From Cyclobacteriaceae bacterium (GTDB lineage: Bacteria > Bacteroidota > Bacteroidia > Cytophagales > Cyclobacteriaceae), in the NCBI GenBank assembly GCA_044223825.1, contig JBGALO010000005.1, forward strand, positions 68,802 through 132,801: 64,000 nt of DNA. The letters are read 5' to 3'. This document shows, in pieces, positions 1 to 10,779 of this stretch. Positions within the stretch are counted from its first letter, which is position 1. Each line of letters begins with the position of its first letter. Made by a program: the position numbers and the translations under genes. The notes under the pieces were generated by a model that saw only the letters and a program-made list of their open reading frames with translations, had not been told where the DNA came from and made no database searches.

Positions 1-351
1 TACTATGGGATCTTGCTCGACATGGTGGGAGCAAAGGGCTCACATTTTTTTAAGGAAGGTGCATCGATGCAATACGCGCCACGAATCGTTGAAAAGGTTT
101 GGAATGCTGCCTCCAACCTTGGTCATTCATCTTTGTTTGTCAATCAAACTGAGGCTGCGATCACTGATGATCATGTATATATAAACGAGAACGCAAAAAT
201 CCCGACAATTGACATCGTGCATTTCGATCCGGTGGTTGGATATTTTGGTGACTATCACCACACACAAGCCGATAACCTTTCAGTGATCAATAAAGATGTG
301 TTGGGTGCGGTCGGAACGGTGTTGCTGAATGTTATCTACCACGAAGAGTAG
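1..351 (+). CDS. M28 family peptidase / glutaminyl cyclase-like protein, C-terminal part (5' partial)
   Basis: Frame is open from base 1 (YYGILLDMVG...). The LLDMVG, TDDH and YHHT..DN motifs are typical of M28 zinc peptidases. Confidence 0.75.
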   Translation, partial: YYGILLDMVGAKGSHFFKEGASMQYAPRIVEKVWNAASNLGHSSLFVNQTEAAITDDHVYINENAKIPTIDIVHFDPVVGYFGDYHHTQADNLSVINKDVLGAVGTVLLNVIYHEE

Positions 352-354
352 ACT

Positions 355-1215
355 CTAATCCAGAAGTTTTCTCAAGTACACTCCGTAGCCGCTTTTCTCA
401 AGGGGTTTTGCAAGCTTCAGCAACTGTTCTCCGTTAATGAAGCCCATGCGGAAAGCGATCTCTTCTATACATCCGATCTTCAATCCCTGTCGTTGCTCAA
501 TGACCTGAATGAAATTGCCTGCCTGCATCAGTGAATCAAAGGTCCCGGTATCAAGCCACGCAGTCCCGCGGCTCATGATGCCGACTCTTAGCTTGCCCTT
601 TTTCAAGTATAAATTGTTTACGTCCGTGATCTCCAGCTCACCGCGGGGGCTAGGCTTAAGGCTGCCCGCAATTGCCACGACATCGTTGTCGTAAAAGTAT
701 AAGCCAGGCACAGCGAAATTGGATTTCGGATGCGCTGGCTTCTCTTCGATCGAAATGGCTTTTCGGTTATTGTCAAATTCAACAACTCCATACCTTTCAG
801 GATCCTGTACATGATAGGCAAACACAACAGCGCCATCCGGATCTGTATTTTCCTGGAGCAACTTTGTTAACCCTGAACCATAAAAGAGATTATCACCCAG
901 AACCAAAGCAACCTTATCTTTTCCGATGAATTCTTTACCGATAATAAAAGCCTGCGCGAGGCCTTCGGGCCGAGGTTGTTCCGCGTAAGAAAAACTACAG
1001 CCCAATTGAGACCCATCGCCCAGGAGTTTCTTGAATAGGGGCAAATCTGTTGGTGTGGAAATGATTAGAATCTCGCGAATGCCAGCCACCATGAGCACGG
1101 ACAATGGATAATAAATCATTGGTTTGTCGTACAGCGGCATCAACTGCTTGCTCAATACGAGTGTAAGCGGATGCAAACGCGTGCTAGAACCGCCAGCAAG
1201 AATTATTCCTTTCAT
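355..1215 (-). CDS. rfbA: glucose-1-phosphate thymidylyltransferase
   Basis: [45 protein letters not shown] and [10 protein letters not shown] motifs; lies next to rfbB. Confidence 0.97.
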   Translation of the reverse strand: MKGIILAGGSSTRLHPLTLVLSKQLMPLYDKPMIYYPLSVLMVAGIREILIISTPTDLPLFKKLLGDGSQLGCSFSYAEQPRPEGLAQAFIIGKEFIGKDKVALVLGDNLFYGSGLTKLLQENTDPDGAVVFAYHVQDPERYGVVEFDNNRKAISIEEKPAHPKSNFAVPGLYFYDNDVVAIAGSLKPSPRGELEITDVNNLYLKKGKLRVGIMSRGTAWLDTGTFDSLMQAGNFIQVIEQRQGLKIGCIEEIAFRMGFINGEQLLKLAKPLEKSGYGVYLRKLLD

Positions 1216-1309
1216 CTTTTAAAGATATTGAATTAAAGCACTGAACTGCTAATATGCGCTTCAAGTCCACGCATAGAGAGGTCTACTGGTTTTTATTACA
1301 ATAGGATCA

Positions 1310-2365
1310 TTAACGGTTATGGTACATGCTCTGATAGTAATCACGATAGGCTCCCGACGTAACATGGTCGAGCCACTCCCGATTATTCAGATACCAGTCT
1401 ACCGTCTTTTCTAATCCTTCTGGAAATTCAAGTGATGGTTTCCAACCAAGCTCGGTTTGAAGTTTCGACGAATCAATCGCATATCGAAGGTCGTGGCCAA
1501 GCCGGTCGGTGACATACGTTATCAATTTCTCAGACGTACCCGCAACGCGATTTAGCTTCCTGTCCATCAGTGCGCACAGGGTTTTTACGAGATCAATATT
1601 TTTCCATTCGTTGTTGCCCCCTATGTTGTACACTTCTCCGGCCTTCCCTTTGTGGAAGATCACATCAATCGCGCTAGCATGGTCCTCGACGTATAACCAA
1701 TCGCGGACATTTTCGCCCTTACCATATACTGGAAGAGGTTTTGAATGGATGATATTATTGATCATCAAAGGAATCAGTTTCTCAGGGAAATGATTGGGCC
1801 CATAGTTGTTGGAACACCTGCTGATAATCGTCGGCAGCTTGTAGCTGTTTTGAAATGCCTTTACAAAATGATCGCTCCCTGCTTTTGAGGCTGAGTACGG
1901 TGATTGTGGATCGATTGAAGTCGTTTCGGTAAAGAATCCACCATGATCAAGGGAACCATAGACCTCGTCAGTGGAAATGTGATAGAAGAGTTTTCCCGCC
2001 AGGTTGTCTTTCCATTGCGTCTTTGCGGCTTGCAGCAGATTTAATGTGCCAACGATATTCGTTATCGCGAACTCAGCTGGATTTTCCAGAGACCGATCTA
2101 CATGTGATTCGGCCGCAAGGTGAATAACGCCATCAAACAACTCTTTTGAAAAAAGTTGTTTTAAGAACTCGAAATCGACAATGTCTCCTTTTATGAAGCG
2201 GTAATTGCCTTTGCCTTCGATTTCTTTCAGATTCTCCAGGTTCCCCGCATAGGTTAGCTTGTCAAGATTACAGATATTGTAATCAGGATATTTTTTTACG
2301 AAGAGCCGAACCACATGTGATCCGATGAATCCGGCTCCTCCGGTAATAAGTATTTTTCTTGTCAT
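1310..2365 (-). CDS. rfbB: dTDP-glucose 4,6-dehydratase
   Basis: GGAGFIG Rossmann motif, [28 protein letters not shown] and [12 protein letters not shown]. Confidence 0.97.
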   Translation of the reverse strand: MTRKILITGGAGFIGSHVVRLFVKKYPDYNICNLDKLTYAGNLENLKEIEGKGNYRFIKGDIVDFEFLKQLFSKELFDGVIHLAAESHVDRSLENPAEFAITNIVGTLNLLQAAKTQWKDNLAGKLFYHISTDEVYGSLDHGGFFTETTSIDPQSPYSASKAGSDHFVKAFQNSYKLPTIISRCSNNYGPNHFPEKLIPLMINNIIHSKPLPVYGKGENVRDWLYVEDHASAIDVIFHKGKAGEVYNIGGNNEWKNIDLVKTLCALMDRKLNRVAGTSEKLITYVTDRLGHDLRYAIDSSKLQTELGWKPSLEFPEGLEKTVDWYLNNREWLDHVTSGAYRDYYQSMYHNR

Positions 2366-3351
2366 CGTGAATAGGCGTCGAAATTCTTGTGGTCGCGCTG
2401 GTAAAGCTCGTCACTGGTGAGTGTCTTAAAATACTCGTAGGTGATCTTCAGTCCTTCAGCTCTCGACACCTTTGGTTCCCAACCGAGGATTTTTTTCGCT
2501 TTGGCTATATCAGGTTGTCGCTGTTTCGGATCGTCTTTTGGGAAAGGGTGGTAAACAATTTTCTGTGCTGTTCCCGTTAGCTTTATGATCTCCTTTGCGA
2601 AATCCAGGATCGTTATTTCACTGGGGTTGCCAATGTTCATTGGCAATGTGTAATCCGACATCAATAACCTGTAGATTCCTTCGATGAGGTCATCGACATA
2701 GCAAAAGGATCGCGTTTGACTTCCGTCTCCAAATACCGTGAGATCTTCACCGCGCAACGCCTGACCGATGAATGCAGGCAATACCCTTCCGTCATTTAGC
2801 CGCATGCGAGGTCCATAGGTATTGAATATCCGCACGATTCGGGTAGAGACCTTGTGATAGGTATGATATGCCATCGTGATCGCTTCCTGAAAGCGTTTGG
2901 CTTCATCGTATACACCACGCGGTCCAACTGTATTTACGTTACCATAATATTCCTCCGGCTGGGGATGGACTGCAGGATCGCCGTATATTTCAGAGGTCGA
3001 TGCAACCAATATCCTTGACTTTTTAGCGCGCGCAAGCCCGAGAAGATTGTGCGTTCCAAGCGAACTTACCTTCAATGTCTGGATCGGGATTTTCAGATAA
3101 TCGATTGGACTCGCAGGCGACGCAAAATGAAGAATATATTCCAGCTCTCCCGGCACATGCACGTAGCGCGATACGTCGTGATGGTAGAATTCGAAATTTT
3201 CAAGCTTAAAGAGGTGCTCAATATTTTTCAGTTCGCCAGTGATAAGATTATCCATGGCGATAACATGAAAACCTTCCTTAATGAAGCGGTCGCACAAGTG
3301 CGAACCGAGAAACCCGGCACCGCCTGTTATTAATATTCTTGGTCTAGGCAT
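2362..3351 (-). CDS. UDP-glucuronate decarboxylase (UXS-like extended SDR)
   Basis: [34 protein letters not shown] and [10 protein letters not shown] motifs; overlaps ugd and rfbB. Confidence 0.92.
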   Translation of the reverse strand: MPRPRILITGGAGFLGSHLCDRFIKEGFHVIAMDNLITGELKNIEHLFKLENFEFYHHDVSRYVHVPGELEYILHFASPASPIDYLKIPIQTLKVSSLGTHNLLGLARAKKSRILVASTSEIYGDPAVHPQPEEYYGNVNTVGPRGVYDEAKRFQEAITMAYHTYHKVSTRIVRIFNTYGPRMRLNDGRVLPAFIGQALRGEDLTVFGDGSQTRSFCYVDDLIEGIYRLLMSDYTLPMNIGNPSEITILDFAKEIIKLTGTAQKIVYHPFPKDDPKQRQPDIAKAKKILGWEPKVSRAEGLKITYEYFKTLTSDELYQRDHKNFDAYSR

Positions 3352-4657
3352 TGATTGATTTTCTTCCGATGCTGATGTACGTAAATCCCTGATCCTTCAT
3401 GTCGCGCAGCTCATACAAGTTTCTGCCATCAAAGATAATTTTTGATTTCATGAGAGAACCCAATCGACCAAAGTCGAGGGCCCGGAACTCCGGCCATTCC
3501 GTTGCGATGAAGATGGCATCCGCGCCGTTGGCTGCTTCATATGGATCGTTGTGGTAGCTGATCCGGTCGCCCATAATCTTTTTCACATTGTCCATTGCCT
3601 CGGGATCGTGCGTACGCACCGTGACACCTTCTTTGAGCAAGCCTTCGATGTTATACAACGCAGGGGCTTCACGAATATCATCGGTATGCGGTTTGAAAGA
3701 CAACCCCCAGAACGTAATGACTCGACCTGACAGCGTTCCGTTAAAATGTTTCCTGATAACGGGAAGAAGTTTCGTCTTCTGTATTGAATTTATTTCCATT
3801 ACAGATTTCAGGATTTTGAAATCGTAATCGCTGTCCATTGAAGTTTTGGCCAGGGCCTGAACATCTTTTGGAAAACAGCTTCCACCGTAGCCGATGCCGG
3901 GAAACAGGAATCGCTTACCGATTCTGCTGTCTGTGCCAACTCCTTTCCGCACTGCATCAACATCTGCACCTACCTTCTCACAAAGGTTCGCAATCTCGTT
4001 CATGAACGTGATCTTGGTGGCCAGGAAAGAATTGGCCGCATACTTCGTAAGTTCTGCGGAGCGTTCATCCATAAAAATGATGGGGTTTCCCTGGCGAACG
4101 AATGGCGAAAACAATGCCTCCATAATTTTTCTCGCTCGTTCAGATGAAGTGCCAATTACTACGCGATCGGGCTTCATAAAATCTTCAACGGCAACACCTT
4201 CTCTGAGGAACTCAGGATTTGAAACGACGTCAAACTCTACTTTCGCTTTTGCTTTGATCTTTTCAGTCACTTTCTCGGCCGTTCCCACTGGCACCGTACT
4301 CTTATCGACAATCACCGTGTATTTTTCCAGCAGGGGACCCAACTGATCTGCCACGCCGAGCACATATTTCAGATCAGCAGATCCATCTTCATCAGACGGA
4401 GTTGGTAACGCTAGAAAAATAATCTGGGCATCCTTAATGCCATCCTTCAGGCTTGTAGTAAATGTTAGCCTCCCCTGCTTGATATTCCTATCGAACAAAA
4501 GGTCCAGGCCGGGCTCATAGATCGTCATTTTTCCCGCTGAGAGATTTGCGACCTTTTCTACATCAATGTCAACGCAGGTGACGGTGTTTCCGGTCTCGGC
4601 AAAACAGGTACCGGTTACAAGACCAACATATCCCGTTCCTACAACAGCTATTTTCAT
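3344..4657 (-). CDS. ugd: UDP-glucose 6-dehydrogenase
   Basis: [32 protein letters not shown] and [10 protein letters not shown] (catalytic Cys) motifs. Confidence 0.96.
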   Translation of the reverse strand: MKIAVVGTGYVGLVTGTCFAETGNTVTCVDIDVEKVANLSAGKMTIYEPGLDLLFDRNIKQGRLTFTTSLKDGIKDAQIIFLALPTPSDEDGSADLKYVLGVADQLGPLLEKYTVIVDKSTVPVGTAEKVTEKIKAKAKVEFDVVSNPEFLREGVAVEDFMKPDRVVIGTSSERARKIMEALFSPFVRQGNPIIFMDERSAELTKYAANSFLATKITFMNEIANLCEKVGADVDAVRKGVGTDSRIGKRFLFPGIGYGGSCFPKDVQALAKTSMDSDYDFKILKSVMEINSIQKTKLLPVIRKHFNGTLSGRVITFWGLSFKPHTDDIREAPALYNIEGLLKEGVTVRTHDPEAMDNVKKIMGDRISYHNDPYEAANGADAIFIATEWPEFRALDFGRLGSLMKSKIIFDGRNLYELRDMKDQGFTYISIGRKSINA

Positions 4658-4891
4658 TTTTGGGGGTTAAATCCGTAGAATCTTATAAATCATATGCCAG
4701 TTGAGGGGTAGGCCCCGATTATTCCGGCTTTTTTCTTTAAAGAGGGTTCAAAATTAGAGTTTTCTCCATTACCGGGGAAAAAAGGATAGCAACAAAGAAA
4801 CAAACTAACACTCGTTTGGCTAACTACTAGAGAAGCCGTACTTTTGGAATCCAAAAAAAAACAGGGTATGGAATTAACGACTGAGGGATCG

Positions 4892-6037
4892 ATGACAATT
4901 GACTTTGAGCAATCAGAAAGCCAGCAAATGGTGGCACAAATGGTGCGGGATTTTGGGGAAAAATTTATCAAGCCCCGCATGATGGAATGGGATGAATCCC
5001 AGGAATTTCCAATCGAACTATTTCATGAGATGGGAAAGCTTGGATTAATGGGAATACTCGTTCCCACTGAATATGGAGGAGCTGGCTTAGGTTATCTCGA
5101 CTACGTGACGGCGATCGCGGAGATCTCGAAGATTGACGGATCAATCGGACTGTCGATGGCCGCCCATAATTCTCTTTGCACGAATCACATTTTGCAATTC
5201 GGGAACGAACAACAAAAGCAAAAATACCTGCCATTGCTTGCGTCGGGTGAATGGATTGGCGCCTGGGGCCTGACGGAACCGAACACAGGATCAGATGCTG
5301 GCAACATGAAAACTGTAGCGGTAAAGGATGGCGATTACTATGTGCTCAATGGCTCAAAGAATTTTATAACACATGGCAAGAGTGGCAATGTTGCGGTGGT
5401 TATAGCAAGAACTGGCAAATCCGGTGACTCGCACGGTATGTCGTCATTCATAATCGAAAAGGGAACTAAGGGTTTCACTTCCGGCCGTAAGGAAAACAAG
5501 CTTGGAATGCGCGCTTCGGAAACCGCTGAGCTCATTTTTTCTGACTGCAGAGTTCACAAGAGTCAGATGATGGGCGACGAAGGAGAGGGATTTATACAGT
5601 CCTTGAAAGTTCTTGATGGTGGTCGCATTTCTATTGCGGCCCTCAGCCTGGGAATAGCGCAAGGTGCGTTTGAGGCTTCGCTGCACTATTCAAAAGAGCG
5701 GCACCAATTCAACAAACCGATATCGGCATTTCAGGGCATTTCTTTCAAGCTCGCTGACATGGCAACCCGCATTGAAGCGGCAAGGCTTCTTACGTACCGT
5801 GCGGCCGAACTGAAAAATATGGGCAAATCGGTCAATAAAGAATCGGCTATGGCGAAGCTCTACGCCTCCGAGGTGGCGGTGGATGTAGCCAACGAAGGGG
5901 TGCAGATCTTTGGCGGATATGGATACACAAAGGATTTTCCAGCAGAAAAGTACTATCGTGACGCCAAGCTTTGCACAATAGGTGAAGGAACCTCGGAAAT
6001 CCAGAAATTGGTGATTTCCAGGGCAATATTGTCATGA
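4892..6037 (+). CDS. acyl-CoA dehydrogenase (short/branched-chain family)
   Basis: [35 protein letters not shown] and IGEGTSEIQ motifs. Start set at ATG 4892 (MTIDFEQSE) rather than the track's 4844. Confidence 0.93.
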   Translation: MTIDFEQSESQQMVAQMVRDFGEKFIKPRMMEWDESQEFPIELFHEMGKLGLMGILVPTEYGGAGLGYLDYVTAIAEISKIDGSIGLSMAAHNSLCTNHILQFGNEQQKQKYLPLLASGEWIGAWGLTEPNTGSDAGNMKTVAVKDGDYYVLNGSKNFITHGKSGNVAVVIARTGKSGDSHGMSSFIIEKGTKGFTSGRKENKLGMRASETAELIFSDCRVHKSQMMGDEGEGFIQSLKVLDGGRISIAALSLGIAQGAFEASLHYSKERHQFNKPISAFQGISFKLADMATRIEAARLLTYRAAELKNMGKSVNKESAMAKLYASEVAVDVANEGVQIFGGYGYTKDFPAEKYYRDAKLCTIGEGTSEIQKLVISRAILS

Positions 6038-6063
6038 TCTTGGAAAATTGACTGCGTTTCCCA

Positions 6064-6071
6064 TATATTTG
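6064..6071 (+). promoter_or_regulatory. Bacteroidota sigma70 -7 box upstream of rpsU
   Basis: TATATTTG matches TAnnTTTG, 22 bp before the rpsU ATG; a TTG lies at 6040-6042. Confidence 0.75.
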
Positions 6072-6093
6072 CGGCCCAAACGATTAAAATAGC

Positions 6094-6288
6094 ATGCTGA
6101 TTATCAACATCAAGGAGAACGAGTCGATCGACAAGGCCCTTAAGCGCTTTAAGAAGAAATTTGAGAAGACTGGCGTTTTAAGGGAGCTCCGCGCGCGCAC
6201 TTCCTTCGAAAAGCCATCTGTTAAGCGCAGAGGAGAGGTTTTGAAGGCGATCTACAGACAGAAGCAATACGTCAACGAGAATTACTAA
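6094..6288 (+). CDS. rpsU: 30S ribosomal protein bS21
   Basis: 64 aa; ENESIDKALKRFKKK...FEKPSVKRR is the bS21 signature. Confidence 0.97.
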   Translation: MLIINIKENESIDKALKRFKKKFEKTGVLRELRARTSFEKPSVKRRGEVLKAIYRQKQYVNENY

Positions 6289-6322
6289 GGTTTAGTAACA
6301 TTTCGTAGACATTCTATAAACT

Positions 6323-6360
6323 ATCCCCCCGGGACCTTTTTCCCGGGGGGATTTTTTTTT
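6323..6360 (+). terminator. Rho-independent terminator after rpsU
   Basis: Perfect 12-bp stem ATCCCCCCGGGA/TCCCGGGGGGAT with a 6-nt loop, followed by a long T run. Confidence 0.9.
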
Positions 6361-6394
6361 ATTTTTCTAGTGACGCAGGTTTGTTGCTGACAGC

Positions 6395-7270
6395 ATGATT
6401 GACTCCTTTCTGAATTTTCTTCAATTCGAAAAAAGGTTTAGTCCCCACACAGTTACCTCGTACAAAAACGATTTGTCTCAGTTCGAAGGGTATTTACAGG
6501 AACAATACGAGGAGCATGTACAGTCTGCCTCCTATAGTATGGTTCGCTCCTGGATCGTGCAACTTGTCGACAAGAACCTCGACGCGTTGTCGGTCAATAG
6601 AAAAATCGCGAGCCTTCGTAGTTATTATAAATTTCTGATGCGACAGGGGTTAATCGAGAAAGACCCCATGATGAAAATCAAGGTGTTGAAGACACGCAAA
6701 AAGCTTCCGCATTTCGTTAAAGAGCAAGAGATGGTTGCTGTGCTCGATCAACAGGCGTTTAATGATACGCATGAAGATAGGAGAAGAAAACTGATACTCG
6801 AATTGTTATATGGTACCGGAATGCGATTGACAGAGCTCATCGGATTAAAGGAGAACCAGATTAATTTTCACAACCAGACAATACGCGTTATTGGAAAGCG
6901 CAACAAGGAGCGTGTGATACCTATTTCTGATTCACTCATTCCTGTCATAAAAGAATACATAAAAGCGAGAAACAGAGACATTCGCGTAGGCGATCATGGC
7001 TGCCTGATCGTTTCAGACACGGGATCCCAATGTTATCCTATGCTTGTGTACAGGATTGTTAAATCGTCTCTGGGAATTACGTCAAGTGAAAAAACGAGTC
7101 CGCACGTTTTGAGACACACGTACGCCACCCATTTGTTGAACAAGGGAGCAGAAATCAACGCCGTAAAAGACCTACTGGGGCACAGTAGCCTGGCAGCCAC
7201 GCAGGTCTACACGCATAATTCCATGGAGAAACTCAAGAAAGTGTTTGACCAGGCACACCCAAAAGCATAA
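6395..7270 (+). CDS. xerC: chromosomal tyrosine recombinase (XerC/XerD family)
   Basis: LYGTGMRLTEL, GKRNKER, SPHVLRHTYATHLL and LLGHSS...TQVYTH give an intact catalytic R-K-H-R-H-Y set. It sits in the conserved rpsU-xer-hpf context. XerC versus XerD is not resolved from sequence alone. Confidence 0.85.
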   Translation: MIDSFLNFLQFEKRFSPHTVTSYKNDLSQFEGYLQEQYEEHVQSASYSMVRSWIVQLVDKNLDALSVNRKIASLRSYYKFLMRQGLIEKDPMMKIKVLKTRKKLPHFVKEQEMVAVLDQQAFNDTHEDRRRKLILELLYGTGMRLTELIGLKENQINFHNQTIRVIGKRNKERVIPISDSLIPVIKEYIKARNRDIRVGDHGCLIVSDTGSQCYPMLVYRIVKSSLGITSSEKTSPHVLRHTYATHLLNKGAEINAVKDLLGHSSLAATQVYTHNSMEKLKKVFDQAHPKA

Positions 7271-7323
7271 TGGCATGGAAATCGTGGATTATCTTATGAT
7301 TTATCACTTTAAATTTTAGCTAT

Positions 7324-7626
7324 ATGAGGTTACAAGTTCATTCAATTCACTTCGACGCTGATCAGAAACTGATCAACTTCATTCAGCAACGCGTAGACAA
7401 ACTCCAGACCTTCTATGACCGCATGGTCGATGGAGAGGTTTTCCTGAGGCTCAACAATGAGGGAGTAGAAAACAAGACCGTGGAGATCATGCTGAACGTA
7501 CCTGGAAAAAAGCTTTTCGCAAAAGAGCAGGCACGTTCATTCGAAGCCGCCGCCGATCAGGCGGTTGATGGTCTGCGAAGCCAGCTCAATAAATTCAAGA
7601 CGCGTGTAAAAGCAGGTAGAGTGTAA
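7324..7626 (+). CDS. hpf: ribosome hibernation promoting factor / RaiA
   Basis: 100 aa with the FDADQKLINFIQQRVDKL ... SFEAAADQAVDGLRSQLNKFK pattern of short HPF. Confidence 0.88.
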   Translation: MRLQVHSIHFDADQKLINFIQQRVDKLQTFYDRMVDGEVFLRLNNEGVENKTVEIMLNVPGKKLFAKEQARSFEAAADQAVDGLRSQLNKFKTRVKAGRV

Positions 7627-7648
7627 CTTAACCTGATCTATAAAATAT

Positions 7649-7686
7649 AAAAAAAGGGTCCTGACGCCATGCCAGGACCCTTTTTT
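7649..7686. terminator. bidirectional Rho-independent terminator between hpf and metK
   Basis: A-run, stem GGGTCCTG/CAGGACCC, then T-run, between convergent genes. Confidence 0.88.
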
Positions 7687-7705
7687 ATTCTTATCGACTT
7701 CTATT

Positions 7706-8962
7706 TCATTTCAATTTAAAGGCCTTCTTAACCTGATCAACATAATCAAGTTTCTCCCAAGGGAACAACTCTACCTTTACTTTCTTCTCAGTCTTCTTTC
7801 CCTTGTTGAAAACTTTTTCTACTACCCGCGACTCCCGACCCATGTGACCGTAAGCGGCTGTTTCGGAATAGATCGGCGTGCGCAGCTTAAAGCGCTCTTC
7901 GATGAAATAAGGACGCATATCAAAGATCTTTGAAACTGCGTTGGCAATTTCGCCATCGCTCATCTTGACACTAGCCGATCCATAGGTGTTGACATACAAA
8001 CCAACCGGTTGAGCCACACCAATCGCATACGCTACCTGTACCAACACTTCATCACAAACACCGGCAGCGACAAGATTCTTTGCGATGTGTCGTGTCGCAT
8101 ATGCCGCTGAACGATCAACTTTTGACGGATCCTTACCCGAGAACGCACCGCCACCATGAGCACCTTTTCCACCATACGTATCGACGATGATTTTTCTTCC
8201 TGTAAGTCCCGTGTCACCATGCGGCCCGCCAATGACAAATTTTCCAGTGGGATTTACGTGGTACGAAATATCATTTCCGAAAAGACTCTGAAGGCGTTTT
8301 GGTAATTTCTTCTTGATCCGGGGAACGAGAATGTTAATCACATCATCTTTGATTTTCCTGAGCATCGCTGCATCCTTGTCGAAATCATCGTGCTGTGTCG
8401 ATATCACAATCGTATCAATTCTTTGCGGTTTACCGTCATCGCTGTATTCGATCGTTACCTGTGACTTTGCATCCGGCCTGAGATACGTCATTGTTTTTCC
8501 TTCTCTTCGAATGGCAGACAATTCGCGCAACAGCAAGTGTGCTAAATCAAGCGGAAGCGGCATGTAATTGTCCGTTTCATTCGTGGCATAGCCGAACATC
8601 ATACCTTGGTCGCCCGCGCCCTGATCTTCTTTTTTCTTCCTTTCAACACCCTGGTTGATATCGGCTGATTGTTCGTGAATGGCTGAAAATATTCCGCAGC
8701 TGTTTGCTTCGAACATGTATTCACTCTTCGTGTAGCCGATATTCCGAATTACCTCCCGGGCGATATCCTGCACGTCGAGGTACGCTTCAGATTTAACCTC
8801 GCCGGCAAGCACAACCTGACCCGTAGTCACGAGGGTCTCACATGCGACCTTTGAATTTGGATCGTATGCCAGGAAATAATCAATAAGTGCGTCGGAAATC
8901 TGGTCGGCGACTTTATCAGGATGTCCTTCCGATACAGATTCGGATGTAAATAGGTATGCCAT
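7706..8962 (-). CDS. metK: S-adenosylmethionine synthetase
   Basis: [46 protein letters not shown] and [16 protein letters not shown] motifs. Confidence 0.98.
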   Translation of the reverse strand: MAYLFTSESVSEGHPDKVADQISDALIDYFLAYDPNSKVACETLVTTGQVVLAGEVKSEAYLDVQDIAREVIRNIGYTKSEYMFEANSCGIFSAIHEQSADINQGVERKKKEDQGAGDQGMMFGYATNETDNYMPLPLDLAHLLLRELSAIRREGKTMTYLRPDAKSQVTIEYSDDGKPQRIDTIVISTQHDDFDKDAAMLRKIKDDVINILVPRIKKKLPKRLQSLFGNDISYHVNPTGKFVIGGPHGDTGLTGRKIIVDTYGGKGAHGGGAFSGKDPSKVDRSAAYATRHIAKNLVAAGVCDEVLVQVAYAIGVAQPVGLYVNTYGSASVKMSDGEIANAVSKIFDMRPYFIEERFKLRTPIYSETAAYGHMGRESRVVEKVFNKGKKTEKKVKVELFPWEKLDYVDQVKKAFKLK

Positions 8963-8989
8963 TCTTTGCTATGTTATGTTTGAAGGCGG

Positions 8990-8997
8990 CAAAGATA
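8990..8997 (-). promoter_or_regulatory. -7 box for metK
   Basis: Minus strand reads TATCTTTG, 27 bp upstream of the metK ATG. Confidence 0.7.
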
Positions 8998-9023
8998 ATT
9001 AGGTTTAGGTATTTATCACATTA

Positions 9024-9734
9024 TCAGGACGCTGCCTGAAAAAGAAACACGGCTGGAACTTTCTCAAACGATGGAACAGAGACTTTCCATTGAGCCACAG
9101 TCTGGCACCTGATCATCTCGTCTTTTGAGGTAAGATCAGACGCAACACACAGTTTCGTATCCGGTTGCAGTGTTTTCAGGAGATGGCTCATCAGGGCATT
9201 GTTTCGGAAAGGCGTTTCAATAAAGATCTGCGTTTGTTTCTTGATCCTGGATTCGCGTTCCAGATTCCGGATTGTCTGAGACGCTTCTTTTCCCTCGATG
9301 GGAAGATAGCCGTGAAACGCGAAGTTTTGCCCGTTCAAACCGGAAGCCATCAACGCAAGTGTGATCGATGAAGGGCCAACCAGCGGAACTACCTTGATGT
9401 TGTTCTGATGTGCGTATGCAACGGCCAATGCGCCCGGATCAGCAATACCCGGACAGCCGGATTCACTCAAAACACCAATGTCTTCTCCGTTCATCACCGG
9501 CAACAATAGCTTCGGTAGCGCGCTTGATGGAGTATCTTTATCGAGAACTTCGAAACGAAGGGTCTCAATTGATGAATGAACTTTGAGGCTGGAGATAAAC
9601 CGTCGCGCCGTTCTGACGTTTTCGCAAAGGAAATATTGAACTTGTTTTATTGATTCCTTTACGGTTGGCGGAAGAACACGGTCTTGTGTGTCGTCACTCA
9701 GCGTCGTCGGGAAAAGAAATAGTTTGCCTTTCAT
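9024..9734 (-). CDS. SAM-dependent methyltransferase, RsmI-like tetrapyrrole methylase family
   Basis: CENVRTARRF, SESGCPGIADPG, PLVGPSSI, FHGYLP and FIETPFRN motifs. Confidence 0.85.
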   Translation of the reverse strand: MKGKLFLFPTTLSDDTQDRVLPPTVKESIKQVQYFLCENVRTARRFISSLKVHSSIETLRFEVLDKDTPSSALPKLLLPVMNGEDIGVLSESGCPGIADPGALAVAYAHQNNIKVVPLVGPSSITLALMASGLNGQNFAFHGYLPIEGKEASQTIRNLERESRIKKQTQIFIETPFRNNALMSHLLKTLQPDTKLCVASDLTSKDEMIRCQTVAQWKVSVPSFEKVPAVFLFQAAS

Positions 9735-9799
9735 TGGATGTCCAATCCGCCTCTAATGTAACGCTTGCCCGCGCTGTTTGAAAAACCTAGGTTTGTTTC

Positions 9800-10705
9800 A
9801 TGCTTTCGTTCAAACATGAGGTGTTCCTTGAGGTTGCTCAGCTGAAGAGTTTTACCAAAGCCAGCCAGTCGTTGTATATCTCACAGCCTGCCATTAGCAA
9901 GCATGTCAAGCAACTGGAAGAGGACTACAAAACAAGTTTATTCGAAAGAAAGGGCAACACCATCTCGCTTACACCAGCCGGACAGATCTTATTAGACGCA
10001 CTTACAAAGGCAAGGGCGCTCGAAAAGCAGCTCGAATTCGATATCAGCACACACCGGGACCCATATTCCGCTAAAGGGGAATTAAAGCTGGGTGCGAGTA
10101 CCACCGTTGCGTTGTATATCATTCCGCCTGTGCTATCAGGGTTTCATCAGAAACATCCTCATGTCCGGATAAGCTTGCTCAACCGCAATTCGGAAACCAT
10201 TTTGAAAGCATTGTTGGACCATGAGATTGACCTCGGAATCATGGAGGGCAAGAATAAGCTCTCCATGGTGAACAGCCAATTGTTCCTTACCGATGAGGTG
10301 ATACCGGTATGTTCAGCCGCAAGCCGGTTAGCAAAAAAGCCGACCTTGCAAATCAGTGACATTCATAAGTATAAAATTGCATTGCGTGAGCGCGGTTCCG
10401 GTACCCTTGCCGCACTGAAATACGCATTGGGAAGTCACGGCATTAAACTTTCAGATCTCGATGTGAGCGTGCGGCTCAGCGGAACAGAGGCGCTTAAAAA
10501 TTTCATCCTGGCCGACGAATGTATCGGTTTTCTACCCATGCGTTCCGTTGCCAAAGAGCTCGCCAACAGCACATTGACGCGATTGTATATCGATGGTCTT
10601 TCGATTACACGCCAGTTTTATTTCATTCAGCGACATGGGGATAAGAACAATGGACTCAGCAATGCCTTTCTAAAATTCGCCAAAACCCATTATAACATTA
10701 AGTAA
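9800..10705 (+). CDS. LysR family transcriptional regulator (CysL-like)
   Basis: N-terminal HTH SFTKASQSLYISQPAISKHVKQLE; GASTT and RERGSGT in the substrate-binding domain. Confidence 0.93.
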   Translation: MLSFKHEVFLEVAQLKSFTKASQSLYISQPAISKHVKQLEEDYKTSLFERKGNTISLTPAGQILLDALTKARALEKQLEFDISTHRDPYSAKGELKLGASTTVALYIIPPVLSGFHQKHPHVRISLLNRNSETILKALLDHEIDLGIMEGKNKLSMVNSQLFLTDEVIPVCSAASRLAKKPTLQISDIHKYKIALRERGSGTLAALKYALGSHGIKLSDLDVSVRLSGTEALKNFILADECIGFLPMRSVAKELANSTLTRLYIDGLSITRQFYFIQRHGDKNNGLSNAFLKFAKTHYNIK

Positions 10706-10726
10706 TGACCAATAAGCAAATGATAT
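10692..10726 (+). promoter_or_regulatory. tandem putative LysR boxes upstream of the threonine synthase-like gene
   Basis: ATAAC-N5-GTAAT (10692-10706) and ATAAG-N5-GATAT (10712-10726); both fit T-N11-A and lie 20 bp apart. Confidence 0.55.
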
Positions 10727-10779
10727 TGGATCAGTAATGACTCTGCCGATAATTTGGCTGTTGCATCTCCTCAACCATT

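Noticed and set aside
355-4657. O-antigen or capsule island
   Set aside because: Only four nucleotide-sugar housekeeping genes, with no glycosyltransferases, wzx/wzy or rfbC/rfbD, and no evident compositional shift.
6395-7270. Tyrosine recombinase as a prophage or ICE integrase
   Set aside because: It has XerC/D length and motifs in the conserved rpsU-xer-hpf context, with no att sites, tRNA or cargo nearby.
7627-7705. tRNA cluster after hpf, as often found in Bacteroidota
   Set aside because: Only a bidirectional terminator is present; there is no cloverleaf or T-loop consensus.
8963-9023. SAM riboswitch upstream of metK
   Set aside because: The -7 box sits only 27 bp from the start codon, leaving no room for an aptamer, and no conserved core is seen.
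10734-10756. GTAAT followed 15 bp later by ATAATTTG as a fourth member of the TBDR regulon
   Set aside because: The -7 box lacks the conserved A at position 2, and the upstream sites fit LysR boxes rather than the 11-bp NTAA phase.
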